NCBI RefSeq assembly: GCF_963921235.1
Contig: NC_086109.1
Span: 18,974,001-19,038,000 of the forward strand
Reading direction: 5' to 3'
Origin: Mobula hypostoma
Taxonomy: Eukaryota
DNA: 64,000 nt
The notes under the pieces were generated by a model that was not told where the DNA came from, searched no databases, and saw only the letters and a program-made list of their open reading frames with translations. Position 1 is the first letter of the stretch; every line of letters begins with the position of its first letter. Positions 1-13,717 of the stretch are shown here, piece after piece. Both the position numbers and the translations under genes were made by a program.

Positions 1-789
1 TTACCCATATCCTAATGGGATGAACATGCCTATACCTGTGCCAGCGACTTTTTTTCCTCAATCTCCTGAAGATGTGTTGATCATGAAATATTACAGGTTC
101 CAAAAATGAACATTGTTCTGCTGTCCTGGGTACTTGGCCCCAAACTGACTAAGCCAGAGAAATGACCGATAATGAGAATGCATTAGAGGACTATAATGTG
201 GAAAGTATGAAGTGTCAGAGAGCTTCCAAGCTATTACTGCTGAGCAATTTACTGTTTTAATGGGTCTAAAAGAATGAGTGATTTGCAGCAGGAGAACCTT
301 AGGCTTTTAGCTCCATTCCCAATGAGTATTATAAAATGTATTGTTTTAAGATCTTAAAAAGATGGCATAACTCAAGACAATTAACTATGTAGCTTTATTT
401 TAATGATTTCTTCCACAATTATATAGTTTTCTGTATCTCCCCTGAATTGAAAGCCAGCTGCTACTTAATGTTTTCTTTGTTAATAATAAGTGAGGACATT
501 GGCAAAATTTATTCGGAAAAATGGAAGAGGGCGCTTTGTATTTTCATGCTTGTATGAACTTATTGGAGTAGGTTTGGAAACACAATTGGAACACACTTGG
601 TCTCAAAACGTTAATAAACTTGTTATTAGTAAGTTGGTCTATTATGATGACGAGTGCCAAAGTACATATAGTGGAAAACTTGTCTAGCATACCATCTATA
701 TGGATCATTTCATTAAACAGTACTAGAAGTGGTTCATTTAGGTTGTTATAGCTAGGGGGTAGTAGTAGGAATAAGGTCCTGCTATCTAT

Positions 790-1325
790 AAAATGCTCCA
801 AATGGCATGCGTCTCAAATAGCCGCTGACGACCAAGTCCAGCTCCCGGCTTTCAGGTGTGGCTTAGTCTCTAAGCTTGGCAGAACTGTTTCTACTGACAG
901 GAGGGTAAATTTGGGTTTCCGGCACCTTAAAACTAGTCGCTTCAGGCAAATGAGGCTCGTCAGCCGTGGTTGGCAGTTCATCTTGGTGAAGGGAAACACT
1001 GACCTCAAACTTCCGCTGCCTCGCAGTTATACCCGCTATGGGGAAGGCTTCAGGAGTAAACCCAGAGGAAAAAATCCAGAGCTGAAGTCTGTAAGGTAAC
1101 CGTACGTTGAATTCAACGCTGACTGGCAACTCCTGCATTGCTGCTGGTGCTAAACAGTGTCAGTCTTTTCTGTTCCTTTGGATTCATCTGCTGCAAGGAG
1201 AGGAGCCTTCTACAGGGGCAACAGCTTGCCCTCCATACTGGATGGCCATGACTTGCGTCTCACATAGACAGCTCCAATGCAACATCCATGGTCAACATCA
1301 ACTAATCGACAGCCTCACAGTATAG
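790..1325 (+). mobile_element. Probable non-autonomous RTE-related retroelement, non-coding
   Basis: Segment 1160-1260 (cctttggattcatc...ggggcaacagcttgccctccata) recurs reverse-complemented at 63900-64000 and resembles the tail of the SINE at 58854-59169. The ggggaaggcttcaggagtaaaccc motif resembles RTE 5' UTRs. Ends are approximate. Confidence 0.45.
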
Positions 1326-1329
1326 TATT

Positions 1330-1727
1330 GGTTACGATAACTCGAGTTGAGTATGATATTCACCCAAGGGGTTATTCCCTTAATGGAGAACACCTGCATG
1401 TGGCTTTGTTTCACATGGGGAGGCTGATGCATGGGCAGACACCGCATGTTCCTCGACAAATCATTGTCTAGGTCCAGTCGCATGGAAGACAAGATGACTG
1501 GGGTCCCTTCACTGCTTCAGCCATTCTTCACCTACACTGCCATTGTGATGTGTCATCATCTTCCACCAACTCCTCCCTCGGGGCCCTGGTTGGATTGATC
1601 TTTGTTTGGACCCTCCTCCTTGACCTTATCACCATGGGTGACCCTACCAGGAACTAAGCTCCCGCTGGCATTGCTCTTGAGATCTCAGGAACTCGCAAGC
1701 CTTTCCACCATGCCAAGGTGGCAGTCC
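1330..1727 (-). mobile_element. RTE/BovB-like 5'-UTR-derived element
   Basis: Minus strand begins gaggactgccaccttggcatggtggaaaggcttgc...ggtagggtcacccatgg, the same motif series as 36736-36900 and BovB-type 5' ends. Confidence 0.5.
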
Positions 1728-2784
1728 TCAGTACATTGAGGTAGTTCAAGGTAAGGACAATAACCGAATGCAGAATAAAGTGTTACAGAGAAAGTGCAAT
1801 ATAGGTGAACAATACTGTGCAAGGTAATAATGAGGTGCATTGTGGTTGGAATGCAGTAGGTTTGAAAATCAGCCATTGCACAGGGGAGATCTCCGCTGCC
1901 CTTCAAAATTCACTTAAAAGAATAGACAGAAAACACAGTAACATAACTCCCTGAGCACTGAGGTGATGTGCCAGCTGGACTTGTGTGCAGAACAGTCCAG
2001 TATCCATGGCTTTCTTCCTTGGGCAAGAGTGACCATTCAAGTAAGTTGTGACTGGCACATCATGGCTACTGTGGGAATAACAACAAGGGCTGGAGCCAAT
2101 GTTGAACAGGAGAGGGAGGAAATGAGTATGGGTTATGTGATAGACATAATGCAGTGAATGGAGGTGGGAATGCATTATTTCCTTCCTGCTCAGTGAAAGG
2201 TTCTGATGCTCACTACAGCAGAATGCTCAGTTTCCAATCTAAGGACAAACTTGGACTTGCAATTGGGCAGGGAGTTGTAGGAGACTGGGAAGGTATTTAG
2301 TATTGAGTTCTGTTTCACTGTGGGTTCTGAAGAAGTAGATTCGTCTTGTATTATGGTCATGATCTCACTCTTAAAATCATCTTCTTACAATAAGCCTTCC
2401 ATGCACAACTGAGCTCTTTGCAGATGTTTGTAACAATGAAAGTTCTTGCTGCCTCAGTAAAGCCACCAGCATAATCAAAATCACCACCCAACCCAGCCTT
2501 TCTTTTGTCTCTCCGCCACTCTCAATCAGGCTGAAAAAATTTTTAAAAACCTGTTAAGCACATACCACCAGGCTCGAAGACAACTTTTTCCTGCTGTTAT
2601 AGAACTACTGAATGGTCCCCTATTACAACCAGATGCAACCTTGACCTCTCAATCTACCTCGTTATGGCTCGCACCTTTTTTGAATAATTGCATCACGCTT
2701 TTTCTGCAACTGTAAAACAGGTTATCTATCATTACTGAATTCCATATAAAACTGCCTATCTCTTTTGGCAGGTATTGTCATTGT

Positions 2785-3370
2785 GTGCACTGGCAAACAA
2801 CTGCACCCATGTGTGGAGAAACGACAGTCTTCATTACTGGCTGCATTACAACCTGGTATGGGATCACAAATATCTTTGAGCAGAAAATCCGACAAAAGGT
2901 AGTGGATTCAGCCCAGTACATCCCAAACAAAGCCCTCCCAACCATTGTGCACATCTACATGAAATGTTGCCATAGAAAAGCAGCATCCATCATCAAAAAT
3001 TCTCAGCACACCAAGGCCATGCTCTCTCCTCGCTGCTGCCATCAGGTCAAAGGTGCAAGTGTCTCAGGACTCACACCACCAGTTACTACTCCTCAATCAG
3101 CAGGCTCTTGATCAAAAGGGGATAGCTACACTCATTCTTTTTTGGGTACTTCCACAACTGATGGTATCAGTTTAAGGAATTGTTATCTTGTTATTTCATG
3201 TTCTTGTTATTTATTGCTGTTTATTTATATTTGCATTTGCACACTTTGTTGTTCATTGATCCTGCTTACAGTTACTATTCTATACATTTGCTAAATATGC
3301 CCATAGGTAAAAGAATCTCAGAGCTGTATGTGGCAGCACGTATGTACTCTGATAATAAATTTTACTTTGA
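2785..3370 (+). mobile_element. Rex/Babar-like LINE 3' fragment
   Basis: Peptide ITGCITTWYG...KAASIIK is shared with 33239-33658. The tail is ctgataataaattttactttgaa. Confidence 0.7.
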
Positions 3371-3792
3371 AGTTTGCCATCTAGACAGAAACAAGAGTTT
3401 ACACATTGGAATTCTAACAGTACATCAGTGGCTCAAATGAGTGATACCGTGAGACAACTCATTCTCAGAACAAAGACTCTGCAGTAAGTGCTAATTAGGA
3501 GTCTGCTTTAAATAATCACAGTATGTGGGGAAACCCATGCTAGTCAAAATAAACGACAATATCGAGCAGAAAGTACAAGGGCTTAATGACTCTATTTAAG
3601 ACAACAATTAACAAATACAGGTGCTCGAGATACCCAGGAGCCTAACGTTTTTTGGCTCACTGCACAGGCCCACAGGGCTCATGACAGGTATTGGTTGATG
3701 GACATTTTGGTTACTTATACCTTTTGACTAACTGGTTACCTATACAGGCAGGATTATCCCTGTCTATATTATTTTCAGACATGGAACACTTA

Positions 3793-5419
3793 TAGAAACA
3801 TAGAAAATAGGTGCAGGAGTAGGCCATTCGGCCCTTCGAGCCTGCACCGCCGTTTATTATGATCATGGCTGATCATCCAACTCAGAACCCTGTACCAGCC
3901 TTCCCTCCATACCCCCTGATCCCCGTAGCCACAAGGGCCATATCTAACTCCCTCTTAAATATAGCCAATGAACTGGCCTCAACTGTTTCCTGTGGCAGAG
4001 AATTCCACAGATTCACCACTCTCTGTGTGAAGAAGTTTTTCCTAATCTCGGTCCTAAAAGGCTTCCCCTCTATCCTCAAACTGTGGCCTCTCGTTCTGGA
4101 CTTCCCCAACATCGGGAACAATCTTCCTGCATCTAGCCTGTCCAATCCTTTTAGGATCTTATACGTTTCAATCAGATCCCCCCTCAATCTTCTAAATTCC
4201 AACGAGTACAAGCCCAGTTCATCCAGTCTTTCTTCATATGAAAGTCCTGCCATCCCAGGAATCAATTTGGTGAACCTTCTTTGTACTCCCTCTATGGCAA
4301 GGATGTCTTTCCTCAGATTAGGGGACCAAAACTGCACACAATACTCCAGGTGTGGTCTCACCAAGGCCTTGTACAACTGCAGTAGTACCTCCCTGTTCCT
4401 GTACTCGAATCCCCTCGCTATAAATGCCAGCATACCATTCGCCTTTTTCACCGCCTGCTGTACCTGCATGCCCACTTTCAATGACTGGTGTATAATGACA
4501 CCCAGGTCTCGTTGCACCTCCCCTTTTCCTAATCGGCCACCATTCAGATACTAATCTGTTTTCCTATTTTTGCCACCAAAGTGGATAACTTCACATTTAT
4601 CCACATTAAATTGCATCTGCCATGAATTTGCCCACTCACCCAACCTATCCAAGTCACCCTGCATCCTCTTAGCACCCTCCTCACAGCTAACACTGCCACC
4701 CAGCTTCGTGTCATCCGCAAACTTGGAGATGCTGCATTTAATTCCCTCATCCAAGTCATTAATATATATTGTAAACAACTGGGGTCCCAGCACTAAGCCT
4801 TGCGGTACCCCACTAGTCACCGCCTGCCATTCTGAAAAGGTCCCGTTTATTCCCACTCTTTGCTTCCTGTCTGCTAACCAATTCTCCACCCACACCAATA
4901 CCTTACCCCCAATACCGTGTGCTTTAAGTTTGCACACTAATCTCCTGCGTGGGACCTTGTCAAAAGCCTTTTGAAAATCCAAATATACCACATCCACTGG
5001 TTCTCCCCTATCCACTCTACTAGTTACATCCTCAAAAAATTCTATGAGATTCGTCAGACATGATTTTCCTTTCACAAATCCATGCTGACTTTGTCTGATG
5101 ATTTCACTGCTTTCCAAATGTGCTGTTATCACATCCTTGATAACTGACTCTAGCACTTTCCCCACCACCGATGTTAGGCTAACCGGTCTATAATTCCCCG
5201 GTTTCTCTCTCCCTCCTTTTTTAAAAAGTGGAGTTACATTAGCCACCCTCCAATCCTCAGGAACTAGTCCAGAATCTAACGAGTTTTGAAAAATTATCAC
5301 TAATGCATCCACTATTTCTTGGGCTACTTCCTTAAGCTCTCTGGGATGCAGACCATCTGGCCCTGGGAATTTATCTGCCTTCAATCCCTTCAATTTACCT
5401 AACACCACTTCCCTACTAT
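3793..5419 (-). mobile_element. CR1 LINE, young 5'-truncated copy (ORF2 RT plus C-terminus, one premature stop)
   Basis: ORFs 4551-5456 and 3882-4517 contain NYRPVSLTS, YLDFQKAFDKV, GVPQG, KFADD and LVRPHLEYCVQFW. The 3' UTR ends in (tttctatg) repeats. Near-identical to 40036-41668. Confidence 0.95.
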
Positions 5420-5598
5420 GATTCACTTTAATATGTATTCTCTTGTGTGAGATCATTGGAGCTTGTTTGTTATCATGGTTGGATGATTCTTGAAATTATT
5501 GTCTTTATAAACCTCGGAGACAGTTATACTGACATTGCCTCTGATGTGCTTCAGTCTTTCTCTGGCCTGTTCTATGGTCTGAATCCATTGAATGTATT

Positions 5599-6283
5599 TG
5601 TAGCCCCTGGTAAGCCTCAGGCTCACTCAACTCGCTTTCGTCTGGGCGAGCAGCCTTCGGCCCTGCCAAACTGGGTAATCAAGTTTGTGTGGATACTGTG
5701 TGATGTACCCCACCCTGCCAAATAACAGACAATACACCATATGCGATTAAATGATGACACTTTATAGATCTTACTGGAACTATGTAATTAATAGAGATAA
5801 AATATAAAAGGAAACTTATCAAAGTTCAACCACTTCGTGCACGACAGTTGGAGCTCAATTAATGGAGTCTTCTTTCCACCATTCGATCCCCTCCGACCCC
5901 CTCGACCTGCCGCCTGGGACCAACCACAGTGGTCGACCAGACGCTCCACACAAGTCTGTCTTCGTCTCCTCTCCTCGCCAAAGACCCTGGGCCTCAGACT
6001 CCCGCGCGAGGTCCGTCCTGCCGCCCAGTTTACAGCATCGCATCTCCTCTCTCTGCCCCCATCCGCCTTCTGCCTCAAAGGCCATGAAAAACAATAGCTT
6101 ACAGACACACAAGAAAGAATAACATCTATCCTAATTGGTTCGTTTTTCCTCGTATCAATAATATAATCCAAACAAGCTGCGAAAGAGAAGCACTTTCTCA
6201 TAACAAAGAAGCCATTTTGTTCTAACATAACAAAGAATCCATTTTCATTAGCCTTAGCAGCAACATAGAATAAACCCCTTACA
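5599..6283. mobile_element. Solo LTR, probably Gypsy-type, 685 bp
   Basis: Termini TGTA...TACA are flanked by the 4-bp direct repeat TATT (5595-5598 and 6284-6287). The interior is CpG-rich. Confidence 0.7.
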
Positions 6284-6345
6284 TATTAATATCACAGCCT
6301 TAAAATCATTCTGAGTGTTTCTATAACACCATTTTAGAGATAGCT

Positions 6346-6475
6346 TAAACAAAAGAGATTCTGCAGATGCTGGAAATCCTGAGTAACATACATAAAATGC
6401 CAGAGGTACTTGGCAGGTCAGGCAGCATCTGTAGACAGATATAAAAAGGTGATATTTTGGGTCTTCACTGGGGCT
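6346..6475 (-). mobile_element. PLE pseudo-LTR tail fragment with degenerate hammerhead region
   Basis: Reverse complement of the family tail (gatgctgcctg...ctgctgagtt...ccagcatctgcaga). Confidence 0.7.
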
Positions 6476-6892
6476 AGCTTGTTGGAGATAGCCTGTTAGA
6501 TTTAACCTTTCTTCCTGCAAGGCATCTCCTTCTTAATCCCCATTCCTTTGCAGTGCAGCTGTCATTGGATAATTTCCCTTCATGTCCAAAGTATCCACTC
6601 AACACTTTTTTTCCTGTTTCAGTCTTCATGGCATTCCATTGATTTCCTTCTTTCTCTGATTAGTTTGATTAAGAAATAATTGAGTGACATTCAATGATCA
6701 ACACCAGAGCTTCAGAGTTTTCCTCATTTCCTTCAACTTCATTTCCAAAGAGGCTTCCTAGAATATATTCCTATAAAATGCATTTTTCATCCCACAATGA
6801 TTGTTTAATGACATTAGTCACACATAGCAATGTTATGGTCATTATCTATAGACTCTTTCACAAGCTGATAGAAGGCACTTAGGTCACAGAAT

Positions 6893-7549
6893 AACATAGA
6901 AACATAGAAAACCTACAGCATAATACCAGCCCTTAGGCCCACAAAGCTGTGTCGAACATGTCCCTACCTTAGAACTACCTAGGCTTTACCCATAGCCCTC
7001 TATTTTTCTAAGCTCCATGTAGCCATCCAGGAGTCTCTTAAAAGACCCTATCATTTCCGCCTCCACCACCGCCAATGGCAGCCCATTCCACACACTCACC
7101 ACTCTCTGCATAAAAAGAACTTACCCTTGACATCTCCTCTGTACCTACTTCTAAGCACCTTAAAACTATGCCCTCTCGTGCTAGCCATTTCAGCCCTGGG
7201 GAAAAGCCTCTGACTATCCACACGGTCAATGCCTCTCATTATAGTGTACACCTCTATCAGGTCACCTCTCATCCTCTGTTGCTCCAAGGAGAAAAGGCTG
7301 AGTTCACTCAACTTATTCTCATAAGGCATGCTCCCTAATCCAGGCAACATCCTTGTAAATCTCCTCTGCACCCTTTCCATGGTTTCCACGTCCTTCCTAT
7401 AGTGAGGTGACCAGAAATGAGCACAGTACTCCAAGTGGGGTCTGACCAGGGTCCTATATAGCTGCAACATTACCTCACGGCTCTTAAATTCAATCTCATG
7501 ATTGATCAAGGCCAATGCACTGTATGCCTTCTTAACCACAGAGTCAACC
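6893..7549 (-). mobile_element. CR1 LINE 3' fragment (second family)
   Basis: ORF 7096-7563 contains LVRPHLEYCAHFW and RFTRMLPGL. Same family as 23134-24360. Confidence 0.92.
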
Positions 7550-7689
7550 AAAATAATGCTCACATTTTTGACATTCTAGGAACCTTTGTACCTGTAGATT
7601 TGACCTTATAATTCCTTCTTCATGTTTGGGGTTTATCTGCATTTTGGAGATTATTACAATACTCTTGATACTTATGATATTAACATTCC

Positions 7690-8205
7690 ACAGGGGTGGT
7701 TAATCTGTGGAAGTTATTGTCACGGACACATGTGGAGGCCAAGTTATTGGGTATATTTAAAGTGTGGATTGATAGGTACTTAATTAGTCAGGGCATCAAA
7801 GGTTATGGGAGGAGGCAGGAGAATGGGGTTGAGAGTGAGAATAAATCAGCCGTGATTAAAGGTTCAAAAAAAAAAATCAAAGGTTATTTTATTATCACAG
7901 TATGTATGCAGTACACGTCTCTGAGATTCTTCTTCTCCAGATAGCCATGAAATAAAGTAAAGTCAACGAAGTCAGTTCTGAGAGAAACTGCAAACCCATC
8001 ACCTGTGCACAAAATAAGAATGGCAACACGATCATCAACCCCCGAATCCCCTTCCCCGTACAAAACGCAACAAAATCATTAGCCCACTAATCTCTCTTCC
8101 ACCCTCCCCCGCACAAAAAAACTAACAAAAACACAAGAATATTGAATGGTGGAGCAGACTTGAAAGGCTGAATGGCCTAATTCTTTTATGTCTTATGACC
8201 TTATG
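7690..8205 (+). mobile_element. CR1 3' end interrupted by a nested insertion
   Basis: VVNLW...GIKGYG and the 3' UTR break at cagccgtgatt (7857) and resume at gaatggtggagcagac (8144). Confidence 0.8.
7858..8140 (-). mobile_element. Short non-autonomous retroelement nested in the CR1 tail
   Basis: A second copy lies at ~50010-50195 (aaaggttcatttattatcaaagtatg...ctctgagattcttcttctccagatagcca). A 3-bp att duplication is possible. Confidence 0.65.
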
Positions 8206-9339
8206 GAGACAATGCACAGTCCAAACTCCTGCACTCTTACTTTGGGATATGCATGTAGTTTTCCTTGAAATTAGAATTGGATTTAATATCACCAGCGTAC
8301 GTTGTGAAATTTGTTAACTTTCTTCTGCATTTGTTAAAATGCTCCTAAATTCACATCTTTGAGGCTTTCCCCTTCCCAACCACAGACCACTCTGGTATTT
8401 TTAAATTCTAGTCTTTAGTACCTATCCCCTTCTTTCATATTCCTAAAATCTATCAGATGATTAATCCTACTGGTTCCTTCCATGACTTGGCTGCAGTCAT
8501 CTGATACTGTTGAAGTATCTTTTTTATTTCTTTGCTGTCATTATTCTCAAGTAACTTCTTTTATTATAGGGGTCATGATGTTTCTAATTTGTTCATTTTC
8601 CAATTTATTTGTCCTCTTGCTTTATGATTTCCTCATCTAAGCTCTGAAGACCAATTAACATTAGCAGATGTAGTAGGATTTTATCTTCTCCTTCTTCAAG
8701 ACTTACTGCCTCAATAAAATAATGACCATTAACACAAGTTTTAGTAATAAAATGTGCAATCTTTATTTTTTCACGTTGTAACTAATGTGATAACACTAGG
8801 TAATACTAGATTGCAGAACTGTTCCTGACATTGATCTGTGACATTCATTACATTCAGGCCCAAAAGGGTTTCTTTTCGTTGTCTGTATCCAAGACTCTCT
8901 CAATGACCAGCTTCTCAAAGGGGAATATTTTCTTATTAAAGTATTATTTGGTTTGTTTTAGGCCTCCTTGGTTGTCTGGGAACAAACTGGTTGATTATTT
9001 TATCGTGGGCAATGGATGAGCAGATGACCCCATCGATCTGACTGTAATTGCCTGTCTTGGATTGATTCCTTTGGCGTTCTCTGACATGGGGCTGTTTGTC
9101 TTTAAACATGTTGGAAATCTATGCATCTACTGAGTGGCAACATCTACACAAGTCATTCTCACTTGCTTTAAATACTCTAACACTCTTTACACTAAACTGA
9201 CTGATGAGTAAAGTGACTATAGAACACTGGTAACATTTAAAACTTCCTGTCATCTTGATGTTATTTTTTTGGTGAAATTCAATTTTTACTTACTAGCATT
9301 TTCCTAATTTGCAGACTACCCTCCTTATTAAAAATGCAG

Positions 9340-9870
9340 CTGCTCTGACAAAGCCCTCACCACCATTCGGCACACTTACAAAGAGCACTGCCACAAGAAA
9401 ACAGCAGCCATCATCAAGGACCCCACCCCTCTAGCCAGGCCATGCTCTCTTCTTGCTACTACTATTGGGCAGGAGGTACAGAAGCCTTAAATACCACATC
9501 ACCAGGTTCCCAAAACCTCAACAATACTCTTTTCCACAGATGCTGCCTGGCCCGCTGAGTTCCTCCAGCATTTTGTGTGTGTCGCCAGGTTTAGGAACAG
9601 TTATTACCCTACAACGATCTGGCTCCCGAACTGGAGTTGATAGCTTCACTCACCACAACTCTGAACTGATTCCACAACCTTTAGACTTTTTTTCAAGGAC
9701 TCTACGACTCATCATCTCAGTTTTCTTTTGCATATTGGTTATTTGCCATCTTCATAGCTTATCATAAATTGTAAATAGTATTTTTTTTGCCTGTGAATCC
9801 TTGCAAGGAAATGAATTTCAAGGTAGTATATAGTGGTAAATATGTACTTTGATAATAAATTGACTTTGAG
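9340..9870 (+). mobile_element. Rex/Babar-like 3' fragment with a short PLE-tail piece inserted (~9525-9582)
   Basis: Contains gcagccatcatcaaggacccc, aggaggtacagaagcc and the tail gataataaattgactttga. A cacagatgctgcctggcccgctgagttcctccagc piece lies between two ccaggtt motifs. Confidence 0.65.
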
Positions 9871-10959
9871 AATGCTTCCTGCGGTACTATTATCTTTTAT
9901 TAGGTAAGAGGACCAAAACTGGGTGCAGAGAGTGAGCCTCACCAACATGTTTTATAATTGCAACAAATCCTTTCTATTTTTAAACTCTAAATGAAGACCA
10001 AAGTGGTCGGAGGCTTGGAATCAAATACCTCAATGGATAATGTGGGTAGGTTCAATCTTCAATGCTTAGAGTTGCCAATAAAATGTGCAATCACCTGACT
10101 GTCAGTTCTGTTGGAGTTAAAACTGAAGCATAAAGAACAATTGCTGATCTTTTTAATTTGCATCTCCATATCAATTCCTCAGTGGGAGCAATTTCCTCTC
10201 AACGGAGGTTCATCAGAGTTATTTGAAATATGGCATCCGTTTTCAGGCTTGCAATTTGTCTGTTCGCAACTGAGAGGCAGCCACAATGATGCTGCTTTCC
10301 AACTCGGATAATGGAAATAGAAGCATCCCTTTGTGCTCAGCCCATACTAAAGGTAATGTATCAAAAGGTTTGTTAGTCAAGAGATGTAGACATCACTGAC
10401 AGCTGAGTGCCTGAATCTGCTCTGAGATCTTTCATGTTCCATTGATGGCAAAGTCTTTTTACTGACTTATGGACAATTAACTCTGAAAGTTTGATCTCTT
10501 GAATCATTGGAACAAGATACTTACAGTGGTAATGGGCTCTGCTCTTAGGAGGTGAGATGCATGGCAATAGACACAGTGTACGATAATATCAAACTTCAAA
10601 AGTAACTCTTCAGTAGTAGAGAAGCTGAGGCCACTTAAACATTTCTTAGTGCATTGATAGCCAAATATGTAAATAACCCACATTCATCAGTTAGAAACCA
10701 CTTTTTTTTAACTGCAGATGAGGACAATAATCAGTGTGTCGAGAACAGTACAGCATGTTCGGTGAGTGTAGTTAACCTTCTGCATTCTCGTGTACTGTAA
10801 TATCAGTCACCATCACTGGGCTGGTGGACACTGAACACAAGCAACTTTAAAAATTGTGACAATGCCTTAGCATTTTGTTATGTGCTCAGTTCAGTGCCTT
10901 GCACATTTGCTTTAATGAGCCTCTGAACATTGCAAAGGCTGAATTCTTTTGGATTTTAC

Positions 10960-11545
10960 ATTCAGAGGCCACTCTGTTGGGTACATCCTGCACCTAATCA
11001 GGAGAGTATGCTTGTGGTCTTTTTGCTGTTGTAGCCCAATCACTTCGAGATATGATACGTTATGCATTCAGAGATGCTCTTCTATAGCGTGTGGTTATTT
11101 GAGTTACAGCTGCCTTCCTGTCAGCTTGAACCAGTCTGGCCACTCTTCTCTGACCTCCCTCATTAGCAAGGTATTTTTGCCCACACAACTGCAGCTTACT
11201 GGATTCTTTTCTCTGTAAACTCTGGAGTCTTATGCATGAAATCCCAGGAGATCGCAGTTTCTAAGATACCCAAACCACCCCGTCTGGAACCAACAATCAT
11301 TCCATAATCAGTCACTTAGATTACATGTCCTCCCCATTCTGAAGTTTGGTCTGAGTAACACCTGAACCTCTAAACCAGGGGTTCCCAACCTCGTTAGTGC
11401 CGTAGACTAATGTCATTATGCAAAGGGTCCATGGTTGGGAACATCTCCTTCTAGACCATGTGTGCTTGTTTTATGCATTAATTGCTGCATAATGACTGGC
11501 TGATTAGATATTTGAATTAACGAGCAGGTATACCAAAGTATATTT
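10960..11545. mobile_element. Non-autonomous Tc1/mariner-like DNA transposon, decayed
   Basis: Homologous to 32441-32610 plus 33951-34319 (ctgtagccca..cacttc, cagcttgaa.cagtctggcc, cagtttct.agat, tttggtctga). Confidence 0.65.
11376..11448. mobile_element. hAT-type mini-MITE nested in the previous element
   Basis: TIRs caggggttcccaacc / ggttgggaac. Near-duplicate 8-bp flanks ctctaaac (11368-11375) and ttctagac (11449-11456). Confidence 0.7.
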
Positions 11546-13164
11546 GTAGTACACCTGAGTATATTTGTAGCTATACAATAAACGAATCCATCTCATTGAA
11601 CATGGCTATGTTGCACACTGTGACAGAAGAGCTTTGTTGAACATAAAAAACTTAAATTATATATAAAGGTTGCATCCAAATGTTCTTGCCCTTTGGACCA
11701 AAACAGCAATGATAATAGCTAAATGAAATTTATTAGATAATTCATAATCAAATTAGCAAGCCCTAAAGCTCACTTATTGTGCTGGTCTTCCTACTGATAC
11801 CTCTTGATTTGTTGTGTCATGTCCATCACAATCCATTCCCGGGGAGAGACCAGACCTATGTCTGAAACTACGGGCATGCTTTCACCAAGAGCCACTCCTG
11901 CACTTAAAATCATCTTCAAATAAAGAGCAATATATAGTTTGAAATTTTAGATGGTTGCTTCATCTGCATTTTAAGTTCCAGCAATGGCACACAAGTCCAT
12001 CTGGAAATAAATGTCTTTTAGTCTCTCACCATTCAAAAAGGGCACTGCTTTTCTTCCTTTTACAAAGGTGTATGAACTGATTTTTCCATATTATATTCCA
12101 GCTGCCATGCATGTGACCATTCATTTCATTAGTCTACATGCTTTGCAACCTCTTTTCATCCTCCTCACAACCCACACTGCCAACCAATTTTATATCTTCA
12201 GAAAATTAAAATATATTGCTTTTGGTCTCATCCAAATCATTAACATCTATTGTGAACAGAAAAACAACGCATTATTGGCTTTTCTTAAGTTCATGTTGAT
12301 TCTTCCTAGAGTTATTATTAATTCCTAATTCCCAGTGATCAGTTGTCTTAACTTTGTCATGTTCCCACCCAGATTCAATATTCAGCAATGCTGAGTCAGA
12401 TTCAGGTTTATGTCAGTGATACATGTCACGAGATTTGTTGTTTTGAGAGTGCATCAAAGCATTAGCGTCCAAGTCCAAGAGTAAGGAACAACCCGACGTT
12501 TGGACAATTTAAGCAGAGGGCCAAGTTGAAAAGTTGGGGTTTCGGGGCCGGGGTGGGGAGGGGTGGGGGGAGAAGAACCAGTTTAGCTCGCTGCTCCACG
12601 AGGTTTACTTATCTCGTTGCCGAACCGAGGCTGTGTCCTGCAACTAATGAGCCCCTGGATCATCTGCACTCATGACTGCCTTCATGGCTGTGGACTCACT
12701 TTTGCGAACTTGAGTTCTGAGTGTTAGCTGCTTACTCTTGTTGTTTGCACAATTTGTTTTTATCCTCTGCACTTTGGGTGTTTGAGGTTTTTTAAAATGG
12801 GTTCTACTGGGTTTCTTTGTTTTGTGACTGCCTGTACAGAGATCAATCTCGAGGCTTTATGTAGTATGCATACTTTGATAATAAATGTACTTTGTGTAGT
12901 AGATTGCAAGACATTGTGCTGACTCCTACGTTCACCCTTCTTCATTTATTTTGGTCCTTTGGCCTTTCACCCCAGCCTGGGGCCAGTGCTCCTTCACTCA
13001 AACTCTTCATTGCTTGTCATTTTAACGTGAAACTAAATCAGATGCTAGTTATGTCACCAGTCTATCAGATCAATTTGAGGAGCAGTCTCAAATACAACAT
13101 TGTTTTTAAAGGAAACTTTCTGACTCAAATAAGTTCAAATCCACTATTACTCTGTTAGGGAGTA

Positions 13165-13488
13165 TGATGCTTGGCAGTCAGGGCTATTGCTTGGTCTTAC
13201 TAACGATCACCAATCTGGGTTCAATTCCCGCCGCTGGAGTTTGTGTTCTCCCGATGATCACGCCAGTCTTCTTCCAGTGCTCTGATTTCCTCCAACATTC
13301 CAAAAAGGACGTACGGTTAGGATTAATAAGTCGTGGGCATGCTATATTAATGCCAAAGAATAGTGATACTGGCAGGCTGTCCCCAGCACGAATCCTGCTG
13401 ATTTGATTTGACTCAAGTGACAGATTTCACTCTATGTTTCAATGTTCATGTGACAAATAAAGCTAATCTTTATCTTTTCTTTATCTTA
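13165..13488 (+). mobile_element. tRNA-derived V-SINE (HE1-like)
   Basis: B-box gggttcaattccc, V-domain-like ggagtttgtgttctccc...cattccaaa...cgtacggttagg, and tail aataaagctaatctttatct. Confidence 0.75.
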
Positions 13489-13717
13489 CAATGCCTCAAG
13501 TCATTTGGGAGGGGCAGTGTGCATTTTTCTCTTTCTAGACCCTACCAATAGACCTTGTCACATAACATCTGGATCAGTGCCAGGCCATTTTTCAAGTTGT
13601 TGTGATATTCATTGCACAATCTGACATCCCTTCGTACAGGAGAAAAGATGCCATATTAGTTCTTCAACCATAGTTGCTGTTTCCCCATTACTAATGCATT
13701 TCTGCTAGAGATATATA

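Noticed and set aside
3442..3686. Possible third solo LTR ending catgaca
   Set aside because: No clean TG start or matching TSD could be found.
3859..4974. Plus-strand ORFs of 231 and 134 aa, and the similar ones at 40675-41598 and 31344-31997
   Set aside because: These are antisense shadows of LINE ORF2.
10525..10625. Minus-strand exon candidate (FSTTEELLLKFDIIVHCVYCHASHLLRAEPITT)
   Set aside because: The donor is good but the acceptor lacks a polypyrimidine tract, so chance is likely.
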